A stretch of DNA of 64,000 bases from Candidatus Oxydemutatoraceae bacterium. Lineage in GTDB: Bacteria > Pseudomonadota > Gammaproteobacteria > Poriferisulfidales > Oxydemutatoraceae. The DNA is taken from positions 1,982,637-2,046,636 of the forward strand of contig CBDCOZ010000003.1 of assembly GCA_965220085.1 (NCBI GenBank), written 5' to 3'. Below the pieces are notes generated by a model. It was not told the origin of the DNA, made no database searches, and worked only from the letters and a program-made list of their open reading frames with translations. Shown in pieces: positions 32,472-42,923 of this stretch. The first letter of the stretch is position 1, and each line of letters opens with the position of its first letter. The position numbers and the translations under genes were made by a program.

Positions 32472-32551
32472 TGTGAAACCTTACCCTTCCTACGCTATGA
32501 ATACGCTCGCCCGGGTAACCGGGCTTTGCTAACCGGTGTGCTTATAGGAGA

Positions 32552-32776
32552 TTAATGCGCATCCGGATTATAGAAAGCCGAATCAATGCGCTTCTTATGC
32601 GGCCAAAAAGTCATATCGGGGTGTTCTTCGTGAAGTTTTTCAGCGCGCGTTCGGGCCTCGCCATAGGTCATTTCTTCATCGTAATAACCGGCTTCAAATT
32701 TGTATTTGTATCGCCACCCGATAACGAAGCCGCGCTCATCATCCCGGTGGTGCAAAGTATCTTCCATCGTCGGCAC
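32552..32776 (-). CDS. Small hypothetical protein (74 aa)
   Basis: Fills the gap between bamC and leuC on the same strand; protein-like composition. Confidence 0.55.
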   Translation of the reverse strand: MPTMEDTLHHRDDERGFVIGWRYKYKFEAGYYDEEMTYGEARTRAEKLHEEHPDMTFWPHKKRIDSAFYNPDAH

Positions 32777-32832
32777 TATCGAAGTTCATTAATCATAACG
32801 CGTGAGGTGGCATGATAACACAACCGCGCGGA

Positions 32833-33897
32833 TTACCGCGATACAACGGCGCGCGGAGCGTACGCCATCAACAAGCGTTTGAGCACCCGGTGCGACAACT
32901 CATACGACAGAGGCGCATCGCTCCCGCCGCCGGGGTGTACCGTAACCAGCGTCTCGCCGTCGGTTTTTGCCAGCAAGCGCAACTGCAACAAGCGGCGCGC
33001 GGGGGCGGCGGGGGCGAAGGCGGGTTCGTCATCGTACGCAATCAAATACACGCCCCGACTGCGGTCATCGCCGCGCACATCCATATTGTCGCGCCCGAGT
33101 ACCGCCCCCAGACGCCGCCATACCCGGCTGTAGCGCTGCCCGATGACCAATACCGCAACGCCGCCGAGGTCCCTGATATCAAGCCGCGTTTTTATATCGC
33201 GCAACGAAGCCATCCGCGGCCCCGCCGCCTCGCGACCCGAAGCAAGGTGCGCCCTAAAGCGCATCAAGACTTGATACTCAAGGTCGGGGAACGGCGCCAG
33301 CAATTGCCACGCGTCGGCTTTGCGTCCGGCGTTTTGAGCGGCAAAAAATACATTTGTCACAGCGTCCGGCTCGCGCTCAACGCGCACATGCAAACGGGTG
33401 CGCAACGCAACAAACTCTTCTCCGGCATCCGATACGGGGAGCTTGCGGTCGCGCCAAGCGGTGACCATATACCCTTGTGTCGCATTGCTTTGCGCGATGG
33501 CAAAACCGTTCTTTTCCAGAAACTCGCCGAGCGACGGCCACAATGCGGCGGGGTCAACATCGACCGCCAGCCAACTCACATCGCCTTCGCGACGAACCTC
33601 CATGTCCAAGCGCGCGGGCAGAACATAGCTATCAAACGCCGCGCCGACAGCGCTGACGCGACCGCTCTGCGGCACCATCAGGCTATCGGAATTATCGGGC
33701 AACGACAGATCGGGCGGCACCTCCAGCTCGCCCCCCTCGCCGCTGACAAACGCATCGCAACCGAGGGAAGCGACTTCCAAATCCTTATCCAACAGCGAGG
33801 CCCGATTCATGTTCAGACCGCACGCCGTTAACAGCAACACACAAGAGACAGCGCAGCCAAACACAAAGGCATGTGATGCGCCCGCAAATTTGCGCAT
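32833..33897 (-). CDS. bamC: BamC/NlpB-like outer-membrane lipoprotein
   Basis: Lipobox LTAC, LEVPPDL motif, start overlaps dapA stop. Confidence 0.75.
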   Translation of the reverse strand: MRKFAGASHAFVFGCAVSCVLLLTACGLNMNRASLLDKDLEVASLGCDAFVSGEGGELEVPPDLSLPDNSDSLMVPQSGRVSAVGAAFDSYVLPARLDMEVRREGDVSWLAVDVDPAALWPSLGEFLEKNGFAIAQSNATQGYMVTAWRDRKLPVSDAGEEFVALRTRLHVRVEREPDAVTNVFFAAQNAGRKADAWQLLAPFPDLEYQVLMRFRAHLASGREAAGPRMASLRDIKTRLDIRDLGGVAVLVIGQRYSRVWRRLGAVLGRDNMDVRGDDRSRGVYLIAYDDEPAFAPAAPARRLLQLRLLAKTDGETLVTVHPGGGSDAPLSYELSHRVLKRLLMAYAPRAVVSR

Positions 33898-34772
33898 CAA
33901 CTTACGCCCGCCTGTTTCATCGCATCGCGAACCGCATCGTGATATTGCTCCGACAAGGGTGTCAGCGGCAAGCGGATGCCCGCGCCGATCAAACCCATCT
34001 CTTGCAACGCCCACTTGGCCGGAATCGGATTGGACTCTGCAAACAACTGTTTGTGCAACCCTTGCAACTCGCCGTCCAATTCCCGAGCCCGCGCGGCATC
34101 CTTCGCCAGCGCCGCCTCACACATCCGGCTCATCTTCCGCGGCGCGACATTGGCCGTCACCGAGATCACCCCTTGCGCCCCCGCCAGCATCAACTCGGCC
34201 GCCGCCGCATCCTCGCCGCTATAGACCTCAAAACCCTCTTTGCAATGTCGCATAATTTCAATCCCTCGATCTGCCGTGCCGGTCGCCTCCTTGATACCGA
34301 CAATCCCGGCGACCTCGCTTAAGCGCACAGCCGTCTCGGCGCGCATATCACAAGCGGTGCGTCCGGGCACGTTATACAGTATCTGCGGAATGGAAACCGC
34401 CTCGGCGATGTGCTTATGGTGCAGGTAGAGCCCCTCCTGCGTCGGCTTATTGTAATAGGGCGTGACCAAAAGACAGGCGTCGGCGCCGTGCTCTTTCGCG
34501 CAACGCGTCAACTCAACCGCTTCGCGCGTCGAATTCGCTCCGGTGCCGGCGATGACCGGAATACGTTTCGCCGCCCGCTCCGTCGCAAAACGAATCACCT
34601 CACAATGCTCGTCAAAATCCATCGTTGCGGACTCGCCCGTCGTGCCCGCCGGCACCAGCGCATGCGCGCCGTTCTCAATATGGAACTCGATCAAGTCGGC
34701 AAATGTAGAGTAGTCTATTTCCCCATTCGGATTCATCGGTGTAACCACCGCAACCATACTGCCGCGAAACAT
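33897..34772 (-). CDS. dapA: 4-hydroxy-tetrahydrodipicolinate synthase
   Basis: GTTGES, VTPYYNKP, LYNVPGRT, GIKEATG. Confidence 0.97.
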   Translation of the reverse strand: MFRGSMVAVVTPMNPNGEIDYSTFADLIEFHIENGAHALVPAGTTGESATMDFDEHCEVIRFATERAAKRIPVIAGTGANSTREAVELTRCAKEHGADACLLVTPYYNKPTQEGLYLHHKHIAEAVSIPQILYNVPGRTACDMRAETAVRLSEVAGIVGIKEATGTADRGIEIMRHCKEGFEVYSGEDAAAAELMLAGAQGVISVTANVAPRKMSRMCEAALAKDAARARELDGELQGLHKQLFAESNPIPAKWALQEMGLIGAGIRLPLTPLSEQYHDAVRDAMKQAGVS

Positions 34773-34951
34773 TCCCGCATTCCCTCCGTTACTATAAAAA
34801 GTGTGATATCAGTGCCTATTCTACAATGTTAGCGATTCGTTTCCCACAATAAATAGCGCGCCGCTCGGGCAATCGCATAAAAACGGCAACGGACACCTTG
34901 TTATCGTGCTAGAATCATACTCCCGATAAACTTAAACATGCAATAGAACAA

Positions 34952-35419
34952 ATGGCAAAAGCAACCCTTGACAAAAAAGTCCCCGACTTTACATTGCCCG
35001 CCACCGGCGGCAAAGACATTTCTCTGTCCGACTTCAAAGGAGACAAACTCGTCGTCTACTTTTACCCAAAAGACAACACGCCCGGTTGTACGATGGAAAG
35101 CAAAGACTTCCGCGATTTGGCGCGCAGCTTTTCGCGCTGCGGCACAAAGATCGTCGGCGTATCGCGCGACAGCATCAAATCGCATGAAAAATTCAAAGAA
35201 GGAAAGAAGTTGCCCTTTCCGTTGCTATCGGATGCGGACGAAGCAGCCTGCGAGATATTTGATGTCATCAAACAAAAAACAATGTTCGGGCGCAAAGTGT
35301 TCGGAATTCAGCGCAGCACATTTTTGATAGACGGCAAAGGGTATCTGAGAAAGGAATGGCGCAAAGTCAAAGTGAGCGGTCATGCCGAAGAAGTGCTGGC
35401 CGCCGCCAAGGAGCTATAA
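34952..35419 (+). CDS. bcp: Peroxiredoxin BCP
   Basis: YFYPKDNTPGCT; divergent from dapA. Confidence 0.92.
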   Translation: MAKATLDKKVPDFTLPATGGKDISLSDFKGDKLVVYFYPKDNTPGCTMESKDFRDLARSFSRCGTKIVGVSRDSIKSHEKFKEGKKLPFPLLSDADEAACEIFDVIKQKTMFGRKVFGIQRSTFLIDGKGYLRKEWRKVKVSGHAEEVLAAAKEL

Positions 35420-35676
35420 ACCCGCCGGTCAACTATCCGGCGAACGCAGGGAATGACATGCCGGACTCGCCTGAGCAACAACGGAAGTCGTTGTAAAACG
35501 GCGACGTTTAATCGCTATTTTCGCGCATGTGACGCACGCAATATTCGCCCCGCGCGGGAGTCGGCAAAACTGCGCTATGCCGGCGAGAGGGAGTGTTGTC
35601 GGTGAAGCACGCTCCCCCTGCCGGCGCGAACAAGATACGGCGCAGTCCTAAGCGAAGAGTCACATAAGCGCCGCTA

Positions 35677-36705
35677 TCAAAGTGCAACTATCAAAGCCGC
35701 TAATGCAAGTACGGCTGCTACAAGCCACTTTACCATGTCTGCGCGATGTTCAGCCAACTCAGCTCTCAACTCTTCTTTGGTCACCAGATTGTCTAAGTCT
35801 TCTTTGGTCGCCATATTGGCCAACTCAGCTCTCAACTCTTCTTTGGTCACCAGATTGTTTAAGTCTTCTTTGGTTGCCAGATTGTTTAAGTCTTCTTTGG
35901 TTGCCAGATTGTTTAAGTCTTCTTTGGTCGCTGAATTAGCCACCTTTTCTTCCAACCGCTTTAAGTCTTCTTTGGTCGCTGAATTGGTTACCGCTTCTCT
36001 CAACTGATCCAATGCTTCTTTCACCGCTGACTCAGACTTGTTAAACTCCGCTTTCAACTTGGCCAATGCTTCTTTCGTCGCTGACTCAAACTTGTGAAAC
36101 TCTTCTTTGGTCACTGTATTGGCTAACCCGGCTCTCAACTGATTCAATGCTTCTTTCGTCGCTGACTCAGACTTGTCAAACTCTTTTTGGGTCACCGAAT
36201 TGGCTGCCGCTTCTCTCAACTGATTCAATGCTTCTTTCATCGCTGACTCAGACTTGTCAAACTCTTTTTGGGTCACCGAATTGGCTGCCGCTTCTCTCAA
36301 CTGATTCAATGCCTCTTCGATCGCCGACTTGAACTCGGCAAACTCCGCTCTCAACTGATTCAATGCTCCTTCAATCGCTGACTTGAATTCGGCAAACTCT
36401 TCTTTCGTCACGGAATTGGCAAACTCTTCTTTCAACTTGGCCAATGCCTCTTTCATCGCTAACTCAAACTGGGTTAACTCTTCTTGGGTCGCTAACTTGG
36501 CCAATGCTTTTTTCATCGCTAACTCAAACTCGGCAAATTCGCCTTTCGTCATCAAAGCGCTCAAGTGTTTGCGCAACACTGCCAATTGCTCGTTGGCAAT
36601 CGCGTGTGCTTTTTGTTCGTCAAAGCCTGCGCCAGTCAAGTTATCGACGGGCTCATAAGCAACCCCCGCCGTATCTTTTACTTTTAAGTTTTTAGGTTTT
36701 TTCAT
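35677..36705 (-). CDS. DUF1640/CCDC90-like membrane-anchored coiled-coil protein, copy 1
   Basis: AGFDEQKAHAI head, repeated (V/A)TKE(E/D) motifs, C-terminal KW + TM anchor. Confidence 0.75.
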   Translation of the reverse strand: MKKPKNLKVKDTAGVAYEPVDNLTGAGFDEQKAHAIANEQLAVLRKHLSALMTKGEFAEFELAMKKALAKLATQEELTQFELAMKEALAKLKEEFANSVTKEEFAEFKSAIEGALNQLRAEFAEFKSAIEEALNQLREAAANSVTQKEFDKSESAMKEALNQLREAAANSVTQKEFDKSESATKEALNQLRAGLANTVTKEEFHKFESATKEALAKLKAEFNKSESAVKEALDQLREAVTNSATKEDLKRLEEKVANSATKEDLNNLATKEDLNNLATKEDLNNLVTKEELRAELANMATKEDLDNLVTKEELRAELAEHRADMVKWLVAAVLALAALIVAL

Positions 36706-37030
36706 AATTATTGCGCCTCCCGGTCGCATCATAACACTAATTAAAATCTATGATCAATAGCCTCGTGCCGGATAGTAACACTACTTTAGGAGCTGCAGTC
36801 AAGCGAATAGGACAGGCGGTTATAGATCATCAGACGAACGGTCTAAAAGAAGCATTTGCGCGAGCGCCGTCATGACGCTTCCCTCGCCGAGAGAGTCGCA
36901 GAGTCCGCTATGACTCCCAACTTTTTTTGAAAGTCGCAGAGTCCGAACCACAAGCGCCGGACGATGCAGCGAGGGAGTGTTGTCGGTGAAGCACACTCCC
37001 CTGCCGGCGCGAACAAGATACGGCGCAGTC

Positions 37031-38107
37031 CTAAGCGAAGAGTGTAATCAATGTGGCTATCGCTGTAACAATCACAGCCGCTAATGCAAGTGCGGTTGCT
37101 ACAAACCACTTTATCATTTCTGCGCGATGTTCAGCCAACTCAGCTCTCAACTCTTCTTTGGTCACCAGATTGTCTAAGTCTTCTTTGGTCGCCATATTGG
37201 CTACCTTTTCTTCCAACCGCTTTAAGTCTTCTTTGGTCGCCAGATTGTTTAAGTCTTCTTTGGTCGCTGAATTGGTTACCGCTTCTCTCAACTGATCCAA
37301 TGCTTCTTTCACCGCTGACTCAGACTTGTTAAACTCCGCTTTCAACTTGGCCAATGCTTCTTTCGTCGCTGACTCAAACTTGTGAAACTCTTCTTTGGTC
37401 ACTGTATTGGCTAACCCGGCTCTCAACTGATTCAATGCTTCTTTCGTCGCTGACTCAGACTTGTCAAACTCTTTTTGGGTCACCGAATTGGCTGCCGCTT
37501 CTCTCAACTGATTCAATGCCTCTTCGATCGCCGACTTGAACTCGGCAAACTCCGCTCTCAACTGATTCAATGCTCCTTCAATCGCTGACTTGAACTCGGC
37601 AAACTCTTCTTTAGTGACCGAATTAGCAAACTCCGCTTTCAACTGATTCAACGCTTCTTCGATCGCCGACTTGAACTCGGCAAACTCTTCTTTCGTCACC
37701 GAATTGGCTGCCGCTTCTTTCAACTTGGCCAATTCTTCTTCGGTCGCCGATTCAAACTTGGAAAATGCTTCTTCGAGCGCCGACTTGAATTCGGCAAACT
37801 CTTCTTTCGTCACGGAATTGGCAAACTCTTCTTTCAACTTGGCCAATGCCTCTTTCATCGCTAACTCAAACTGGGTTAACTCTTCTTGGGTCGCTAACTT
37901 GGCCAATGCTTTTTTCATCGCTAACTCAAACTCGGCAAATTCGCCTTTCGTCATCAAAGCGCTCAAGTGTTTGTGCAACACTGCCAATTGCTCGTTGGCA
38001 ATCGCGTGTGCTTTTTGTTCGTCAAAGCCTGCGGCGGTCAAGTTCTCGACGGGGTCATAAGCAACCGCCGCCGCATCTTCTACTTTTAGGGTTTTGGATT
38101 TTTTCAT
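37031..38107 (-). CDS. DUF1640/CCDC90-like membrane-anchored coiled-coil protein, copy 2
   Basis: Paralog of 35677-36705 with different internal repeat counts. Confidence 0.75.
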   Translation of the reverse strand: MKKSKTLKVEDAAAVAYDPVENLTAAGFDEQKAHAIANEQLAVLHKHLSALMTKGEFAEFELAMKKALAKLATQEELTQFELAMKEALAKLKEEFANSVTKEEFAEFKSALEEAFSKFESATEEELAKLKEAAANSVTKEEFAEFKSAIEEALNQLKAEFANSVTKEEFAEFKSAIEGALNQLRAEFAEFKSAIEEALNQLREAAANSVTQKEFDKSESATKEALNQLRAGLANTVTKEEFHKFESATKEALAKLKAEFNKSESAVKEALDQLREAVTNSATKEDLNNLATKEDLKRLEEKVANMATKEDLDNLVTKEELRAELAEHRAEMIKWFVATALALAAVIVTAIATLITLFA

Positions 38108-38446
38108 AATCATTGCGCCTCCCGGTCGCATAATAACACTAATTAAAATCTATGATCAATAGCCTCGTGCCGGATAGTAACACTACTTTAGGAGCTACAG
38201 TCAAGTGAATAGGACAGGCGGTGTAGATTATCAGACGAACGGTCTAAAAGAAGCATTTGCGCGAGCGCCGTCATGGCGCTTCCCTCGCCGAGAGAGTCGC
38301 AGAGTCCGCTATGACTCCCAACTTTTTTTGAGAGTCGCAGAGTCCGAGTCACAAGCGCCGGATGATGCGGCGAGGAGAAAGTTCCATGCTCGCACTAACC
38401 ACACTCCTCCCTCTTCGCTACGGTGAAGCAATGGCGGTAGCCCCCG

Positions 38447-39322
38447 CTACCGCAACGGGCCTTCCAGGAAAAGGCGCAAGCGCAGGCGCACCTCAGGCAC
38501 CAGATTGGCCTCTGTCACCCGATGACCCGCGCTACACAGCGACCCTTCCAGCCCTTCCTGTGCGGGCGTGTCATGCTGATCCATGAAAGAAACGCAGGCG
38601 CGCACATACCTGCCCACTTGGGCGGCACGCGGTGCGAAGAAGTCGGAAGAAGCGGCGTCCGCTATGTCGCTATAGGCGCTGTCCGCGGGGGTGTCGGCGC
38701 CGCCGGGCGGTGCGTCGGCCTGTTGCCACTGCCAACTCAGGGTGTCGACATCAATGCCGTTGCGATCCGTCACACCGGCGATGGAAGCTGTGATTCCGGC
38801 CGCGGCGGTGATTGTGGGCGCGCCGGCGGCGGCCGTCTGCGTGGATGCGCTCACCAGATTGATGGTCATGGTGACGATGTCAGATACTTGCTTATCAGGG
38901 CCGGAAGTAAGGACACCCACACCGACAGTCAGACGGTAGGTGAAACTGTCATAACTATTGGTGACAGAGATGGCAGCGGTGGACGGAGTGTATACAATAT
39001 GGCCCTGATCCAGTTGAATTACAGATGATATATTATTAGGGCGAGCAGGAAAAGCGGAGACTACCCTATTTTTTAAAGTGCCGTGTTCGGTGTCGGATTC
39101 AATGTGAAGCCCCCCTAGCAAGTCGCCATCCGCATCCTCGAAAGGAAAATCAGCGACTCTGAACGTGTAACTGCTGCCAATAACGACAGCAACGCTGGCA
39201 TCCCGAACCATGATGGGAGCCGCATAAGCGCACGTTACGCCCAATGCCCAGAAGGACAGCGCAAGGCATGTGGCGGTTATCCGGCGATTGCGAGGGGTAG
39301 TATCAAAAATTTGTCGTTTCAT
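38447..39322 (-). CDS. Secreted LRLRLFLEGPLR-tail protein 7 (cadherin-like + Ig-like)
   Basis: AGGAG RBS, signal peptide, DFPFEDADGD module, WQWQQAD...VRACVSFMD module, invariant tail. Confidence 0.8.
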   Translation of the reverse strand: MKRQIFDTTPRNRRITATCLALSFWALGVTCAYAAPIMVRDASVAVVIGSSYTFRVADFPFEDADGDLLGGLHIESDTEHGTLKNRVVSAFPARPNNISSVIQLDQGHIVYTPSTAAISVTNSYDSFTYRLTVGVGVLTSGPDKQVSDIVTMTINLVSASTQTAAAGAPTITAAAGITASIAGVTDRNGIDVDTLSWQWQQADAPPGGADTPADSAYSDIADAASSDFFAPRAAQVGRYVRACVSFMDQHDTPAQEGLEGSLCSAGHRVTEANLVPEVRLRLRLFLEGPLR

Positions 39323-39411
39323 AGTATTTCTCCTAATGGTTTGTATTTCGTAAATGCGGTTGCGCAATGAGCGCTTCCGCCCCAAAGACATCCGCAAGCA
39401 ATTCAAGAAGC

Positions 39412-39565
39412 CACAAACAACGAATCGAAGATACACAAACAACGAATCGAAGATACACAAACAACGAATCGAAGATACACAAACAACGAAGTTGTTTGTG
39501 CTCTCATCACTGTGCTCTCATCACTGTGCTCTCATCACTGTGCTCTCATCACTGTGCCTCATCAA
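39412..39565. repeat. Intergenic element: 3.5 x 22 bp (CACAAACAACGAATCGAAGATA), hairpin CACAAACAAC-GAA-GTTGTTTGTG, 4 x 14 bp (TGTGCTCTCATCAC)
   Basis: Read directly from the sequence. Confidence 0.9.
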
Positions 39566-39677
39566 GCGTTGTTTGTGCACATAACTCACAAAGCGCAAGT
39601 CATCCACAAGTATCCTGATATCCTGTCTCATCCTCGCGCGCCTCATAACACTCTCCTTCTCATCGCAGTTACTCGCA

Positions 39678-41342
39678 TTACCGCAGCGGGCCTTCCAGGA
39701 AAAGGCGCAAGCGCAAGCGCAACTCGCGCACCAGATTGGCCTCTGTCACCAGAACGCCCGCGCTGCACAGCGGCCCTTCCTGTTCCGGCATGGCAAGTTC
39801 ATCCATGAAAGAAACGCAGGCGCGCACATACTTGCCCACTTGTTCGGCCTGCGGTGCGAAGAAGTCGGAAGAAGGCGCGTCCGCTATGTCGCCGTAGTTG
39901 CCCATGGGGGTGTCGGCCTGTTGCCACTGCCATTGCAAGGTGCCGACATCGATGCCGTTGACATCCGTCACCCCGTCGATGGAAGCCCTGATTCCGGCCG
40001 CAGCGGTGATGGTGGGCGTGCCGGTGGCCGCCGTCGGGATCGTCGCAACGTCAACACAGTTCGGATATTCGCCGATATGCGAGACCAAATTGCAGGCGCA
40101 TTCCGTCGCGCCGTTCGGATTCGCCGCCGCCGGTGTCGCGCCCTCCCCGCAGTTGAAAACATACGGCTGCCGAACCGGGATCATGGCAAACGCCGCGGTA
40201 ATCAATCCGGGCAACGCCGCAAAACGCGCCGCCTGAGTTACCCCGCTTGCGTCAAAATCAAAAGGAATCGCGTTGTCTGTGAAGAACACTTTCTCCAGCA
40301 CCGAAACGACAATGGTTATATTATTAGCGTCGGAGTTGGCCTCTATGTTAGCAAGCGGGCCGGCAAGGTAGTCCGAGGCCGAGTCGCCTTCGTATCGCGC
40401 CAAAACCGCATCCCGATAAACGCCCGCCGCGGTTTTGATATGCGCGGGATTTGCGGCATCGGCGGCAATGGCGTTAAAGCCGTTAAAAAGACTTTGCACC
40501 AGCGGCGGAGGCGCTGCGTCGGGAAAGGCGTATTCCGCGCCGAACACATCGGCGCACCGCGGCGCACTCTCGCCAAAAAAGCAACCGTCATAATCCGTCC
40601 CGCCCGAAGTCAGCGGGATTTCGCATTGGGGGGCGGCGGTGGCGGTGGAAATATCCCACCCTTCGCGTATGCATGCGCGAGCCCCCTCCCGTTGGCCGCG
40701 GGTCAAAGTCGGCATGGCAACACAGTTCGGCCATACGCCGATGTACGGGTCCGAACCGCAGGAGCACTCGGTTTCGCCGTTCAGGTTATGGTCCGGCGGA
40801 TAACCGCCGGGGACGTTTCCGTTTTGGTCGCAGTTTGCAATAAAAACATCGGTGCCGGCGACCTGGGGGCGGACGGTGGGATGGTCTTCCGCCTTCGGAA
40901 AAACCGGCGGGTCGCCATACATGAGTGCGCAGGAAACATTGGCGACTGTGCTTCCCCGAGCAATGTAGCAACTATCAGCGGCGGCACGGTCTAATCCTGA
41001 TGTTCCCGTCCACAATACGGAGGGAATCATACAAGCCAGATGTCCCGAACCATACAACGCCACCGCTTCGCGTCCGTCCCATCCCGCTTCTTCGCAGTCG
41101 TCCAGAATTGAGATCAAGGCGTTGTCAAAGCATCCGGTGTTTCTCTCCTCAGCGACGTGGGGGGAAGTGACTCGGGTTTGCCCTTCGGAGCAGATAGTTT
41201 GGCAAATGCCGCGAACATTTTCCTGTCCTGCCGGACACATCGTTTGCGCTTGCGCGCTGTTTGCGACGAGCGCGAAAGTGATTGCCGCGCAAATCCCGCA
41301 AATTTTAAGGAGGGCGGCAGTATTAATAAGTTGTCGTTTCAT
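39678..41342 (-). CDS. Secreted LRLRLFLEGPLR-tail protein 6 (two Cys-rich modules, Ala-rich insert, Ig-like)
   Basis: Signal peptide ending AQA, NxNGxTEC repeats, VRACVSFMD module, invariant tail. Confidence 0.8.
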   Translation of the reverse strand: MKRQLINTAALLKICGICAAITFALVANSAQAQTMCPAGQENVRGICQTICSEGQTRVTSPHVAEERNTGCFDNALISILDDCEEAGWDGREAVALYGSGHLACMIPSVLWTGTSGLDRAAADSCYIARGSTVANVSCALMYGDPPVFPKAEDHPTVRPQVAGTDVFIANCDQNGNVPGGYPPDHNLNGETECSCGSDPYIGVWPNCVAMPTLTRGQREGARACIREGWDISTATAAPQCEIPLTSGGTDYDGCFFGESAPRCADVFGAEYAFPDAAPPPLVQSLFNGFNAIAADAANPAHIKTAAGVYRDAVLARYEGDSASDYLAGPLANIEANSDANNITIVVSVLEKVFFTDNAIPFDFDASGVTQAARFAALPGLITAAFAMIPVRQPYVFNCGEGATPAAANPNGATECACNLVSHIGEYPNCVDVATIPTAATGTPTITAAAGIRASIDGVTDVNGIDVGTLQWQWQQADTPMGNYGDIADAPSSDFFAPQAEQVGKYVRACVSFMDELAMPEQEGPLCSAGVLVTEANLVRELRLRLRLFLEGPLR

Positions 41343-41483
41343 AGTATTTCTCCCGATGGTTTGTGATTCGCGAACGCGGTTGCGCAATGAGCGCTTCCGC
41401 CCCAAAGACATCCGCAAGTATCTCCGTATCCTGTCTCATCCTCGCGCGCCTCATAACACTCTCCTTTTCCGTAGTTACTCGCA

Positions 41484-42779
41484 TTACCGCAGGGGCCCCT
41501 CAAGGAAGAGGCGTAGCCGCAAGAACAGGTCCGTACTTTCCACCAGATTTATCGTCAGGGTGGCATCGGCTGTGGCCTCGTTGGCCGGCGCCGGTGTCGG
41601 ATTCGTCTGTGTGGGGGAAGGGGCATCGGCGCCGGTGTCGCGCACCCGGTATCTGAAGGTCGCATAGCTCTCACCGACGGGGGCGCCGTCAGCCGGATAG
41701 TATGCCAGAGTGTCCAGCTGGGCCAGGCTCAGGGGGGTGTCTGCGGCTATGGTGGTGTCGGCATCGCCCACCAGCACCAGAGTGCCGGCCGTGGGCGTGG
41801 TGATTATGCGGATGCCGTTGATGGTGTCGCCATCCTCATCGGCGGTGATGGGAAAGTCGCCCCTTGCAAAGCGGTGCGGCCTGGCGGAGTCGGCGTTGTT
41901 CGGAACTGAGACAGTGCTGGGGCCGCCTGTGGGCGCATCGCTGACATTGCGTATCAGCCCCCCATCGGTGCATACTGTCTCCTCGTGGCCCAGCCGGTCA
42001 TCAAAAGTGATGCAGACGCGCACATACATGCCCGCCTGCGCTTGAGTCGGAGCGAAGTTGCGCTCTTGGTTGGCAGTGCCGCCGACACCGGGGATGTCGA
42101 AGTAGGGGCCGTCCTGGGCGGCGGATTGCTGCCATGTATGGAGGAGCCTGCTAAGCCCGCTCGGCGCTCCATTGGGGTCCATGATAGTGCCGATAGTATT
42201 GACCAGTATCAAAATATCCTCGTCATACAGTTCTCCGGCGCTGGCAGCGATAAGTTCCGGCATGCCGGTGGCGGGCATCTGCACACTTTCCAGCAGATTG
42301 ATATTCATGGTGGCGGCGCTGAAAGGGGATGCCACGCCGCCGGCCGTCACATTGAATGTGAACCAGGCGTAGCTATCCTTGGCGGCCGCGCCCGCCGGCG
42401 GATACCAGGTGAGGGTGTTGATGCTGGATGCCGCCAAAGTGTAGGGCACATTGTCAGCGGCGCTGTCGTCATCGATGAGGGCGGTGCTGCCCACCCGCAG
42501 AGCGCCGAGGGCCGGCAAGGTCTCTATGCTTATGCTGTTCAGGGTCAGGGCGCCGCTGTCCGCATTCGCAAAAAGGAAGTCGCTCTCCTTGAAAGCGTGC
42601 GGGCTGTCGGCGGTGGCATTGTTCTTCACATATACGGCGCTGTGGGATGCGGACGGCCGTTGCGCCTGGGCCTGGGCGCAGATGGCAACCAGGGCCAGCA
42701 GAACCAGCGCCCGGAGGCTAAACCGCGTCATCGTTGCGCCCCGGCGCCGGCGAGCGGTATCAAAAATTTGTCGTCTCAT
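41484..42779 (-). CDS. Secreted LRLRLFLEGPLR-tail protein 5 (cadherin-like, Ig-like, cadherin-like)
   Basis: Signal peptide ending AQAQA, DEDGDTI, FRYRVRD, invariant tail. Confidence 0.8.
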   Translation of the reverse strand: MRRQIFDTARRRRGATMTRFSLRALVLLALVAICAQAQAQRPSASHSAVYVKNNATADSPHAFKESDFLFANADSGALTLNSISIETLPALGALRVGSTALIDDDSAADNVPYTLAASSINTLTWYPPAGAAAKDSYAWFTFNVTAGGVASPFSAATMNINLLESVQMPATGMPELIAASAGELYDEDILILVNTIGTIMDPNGAPSGLSRLLHTWQQSAAQDGPYFDIPGVGGTANQERNFAPTQAQAGMYVRVCITFDDRLGHEETVCTDGGLIRNVSDAPTGGPSTVSVPNNADSARPHRFARGDFPITADEDGDTINGIRIITTPTAGTLVLVGDADTTIAADTPLSLAQLDTLAYYPADGAPVGESYATFRYRVRDTGADAPSPTQTNPTPAPANEATADATLTINLVESTDLFLRLRLFLEGPLR

Positions 42780-42923
42780 AGTATTTCTCCTAATGGTTTG
42801 TATTTCGTAAATGCGGTTGCGCAATGAGCGCTTCCGCCCCAAAGACATCCGCAAGTATCTCCGTATCCTGTCTCATCCTCGCGCGCCTCATAACACTCTC
42901 CTTCTCCATCGCAGTTACTCGCA

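Larger units (their letters stand above)
35588..38372. repeat. Tandem duplication of a ~1.4 kb unit (gene plus flanks)
   Basis: About 35588-35660 matches 36971-37042 and about 36700-36970 matches 38100-38372. Confidence 0.88.

Noticed and set aside
38434-38453. Intrinsic terminator at the array end (GCGGTAGC-CCCC-GCTACCGC)
   Set aside because: The hairpin is real but overlaps the stop codon and lacks a U-tract, so it cannot be called a terminator
39412-39565. CRISPR array or plasmid iterons
   Set aside because: Head-to-tail 22- and 14-bp units without spacers; no cas or rep gene nearby
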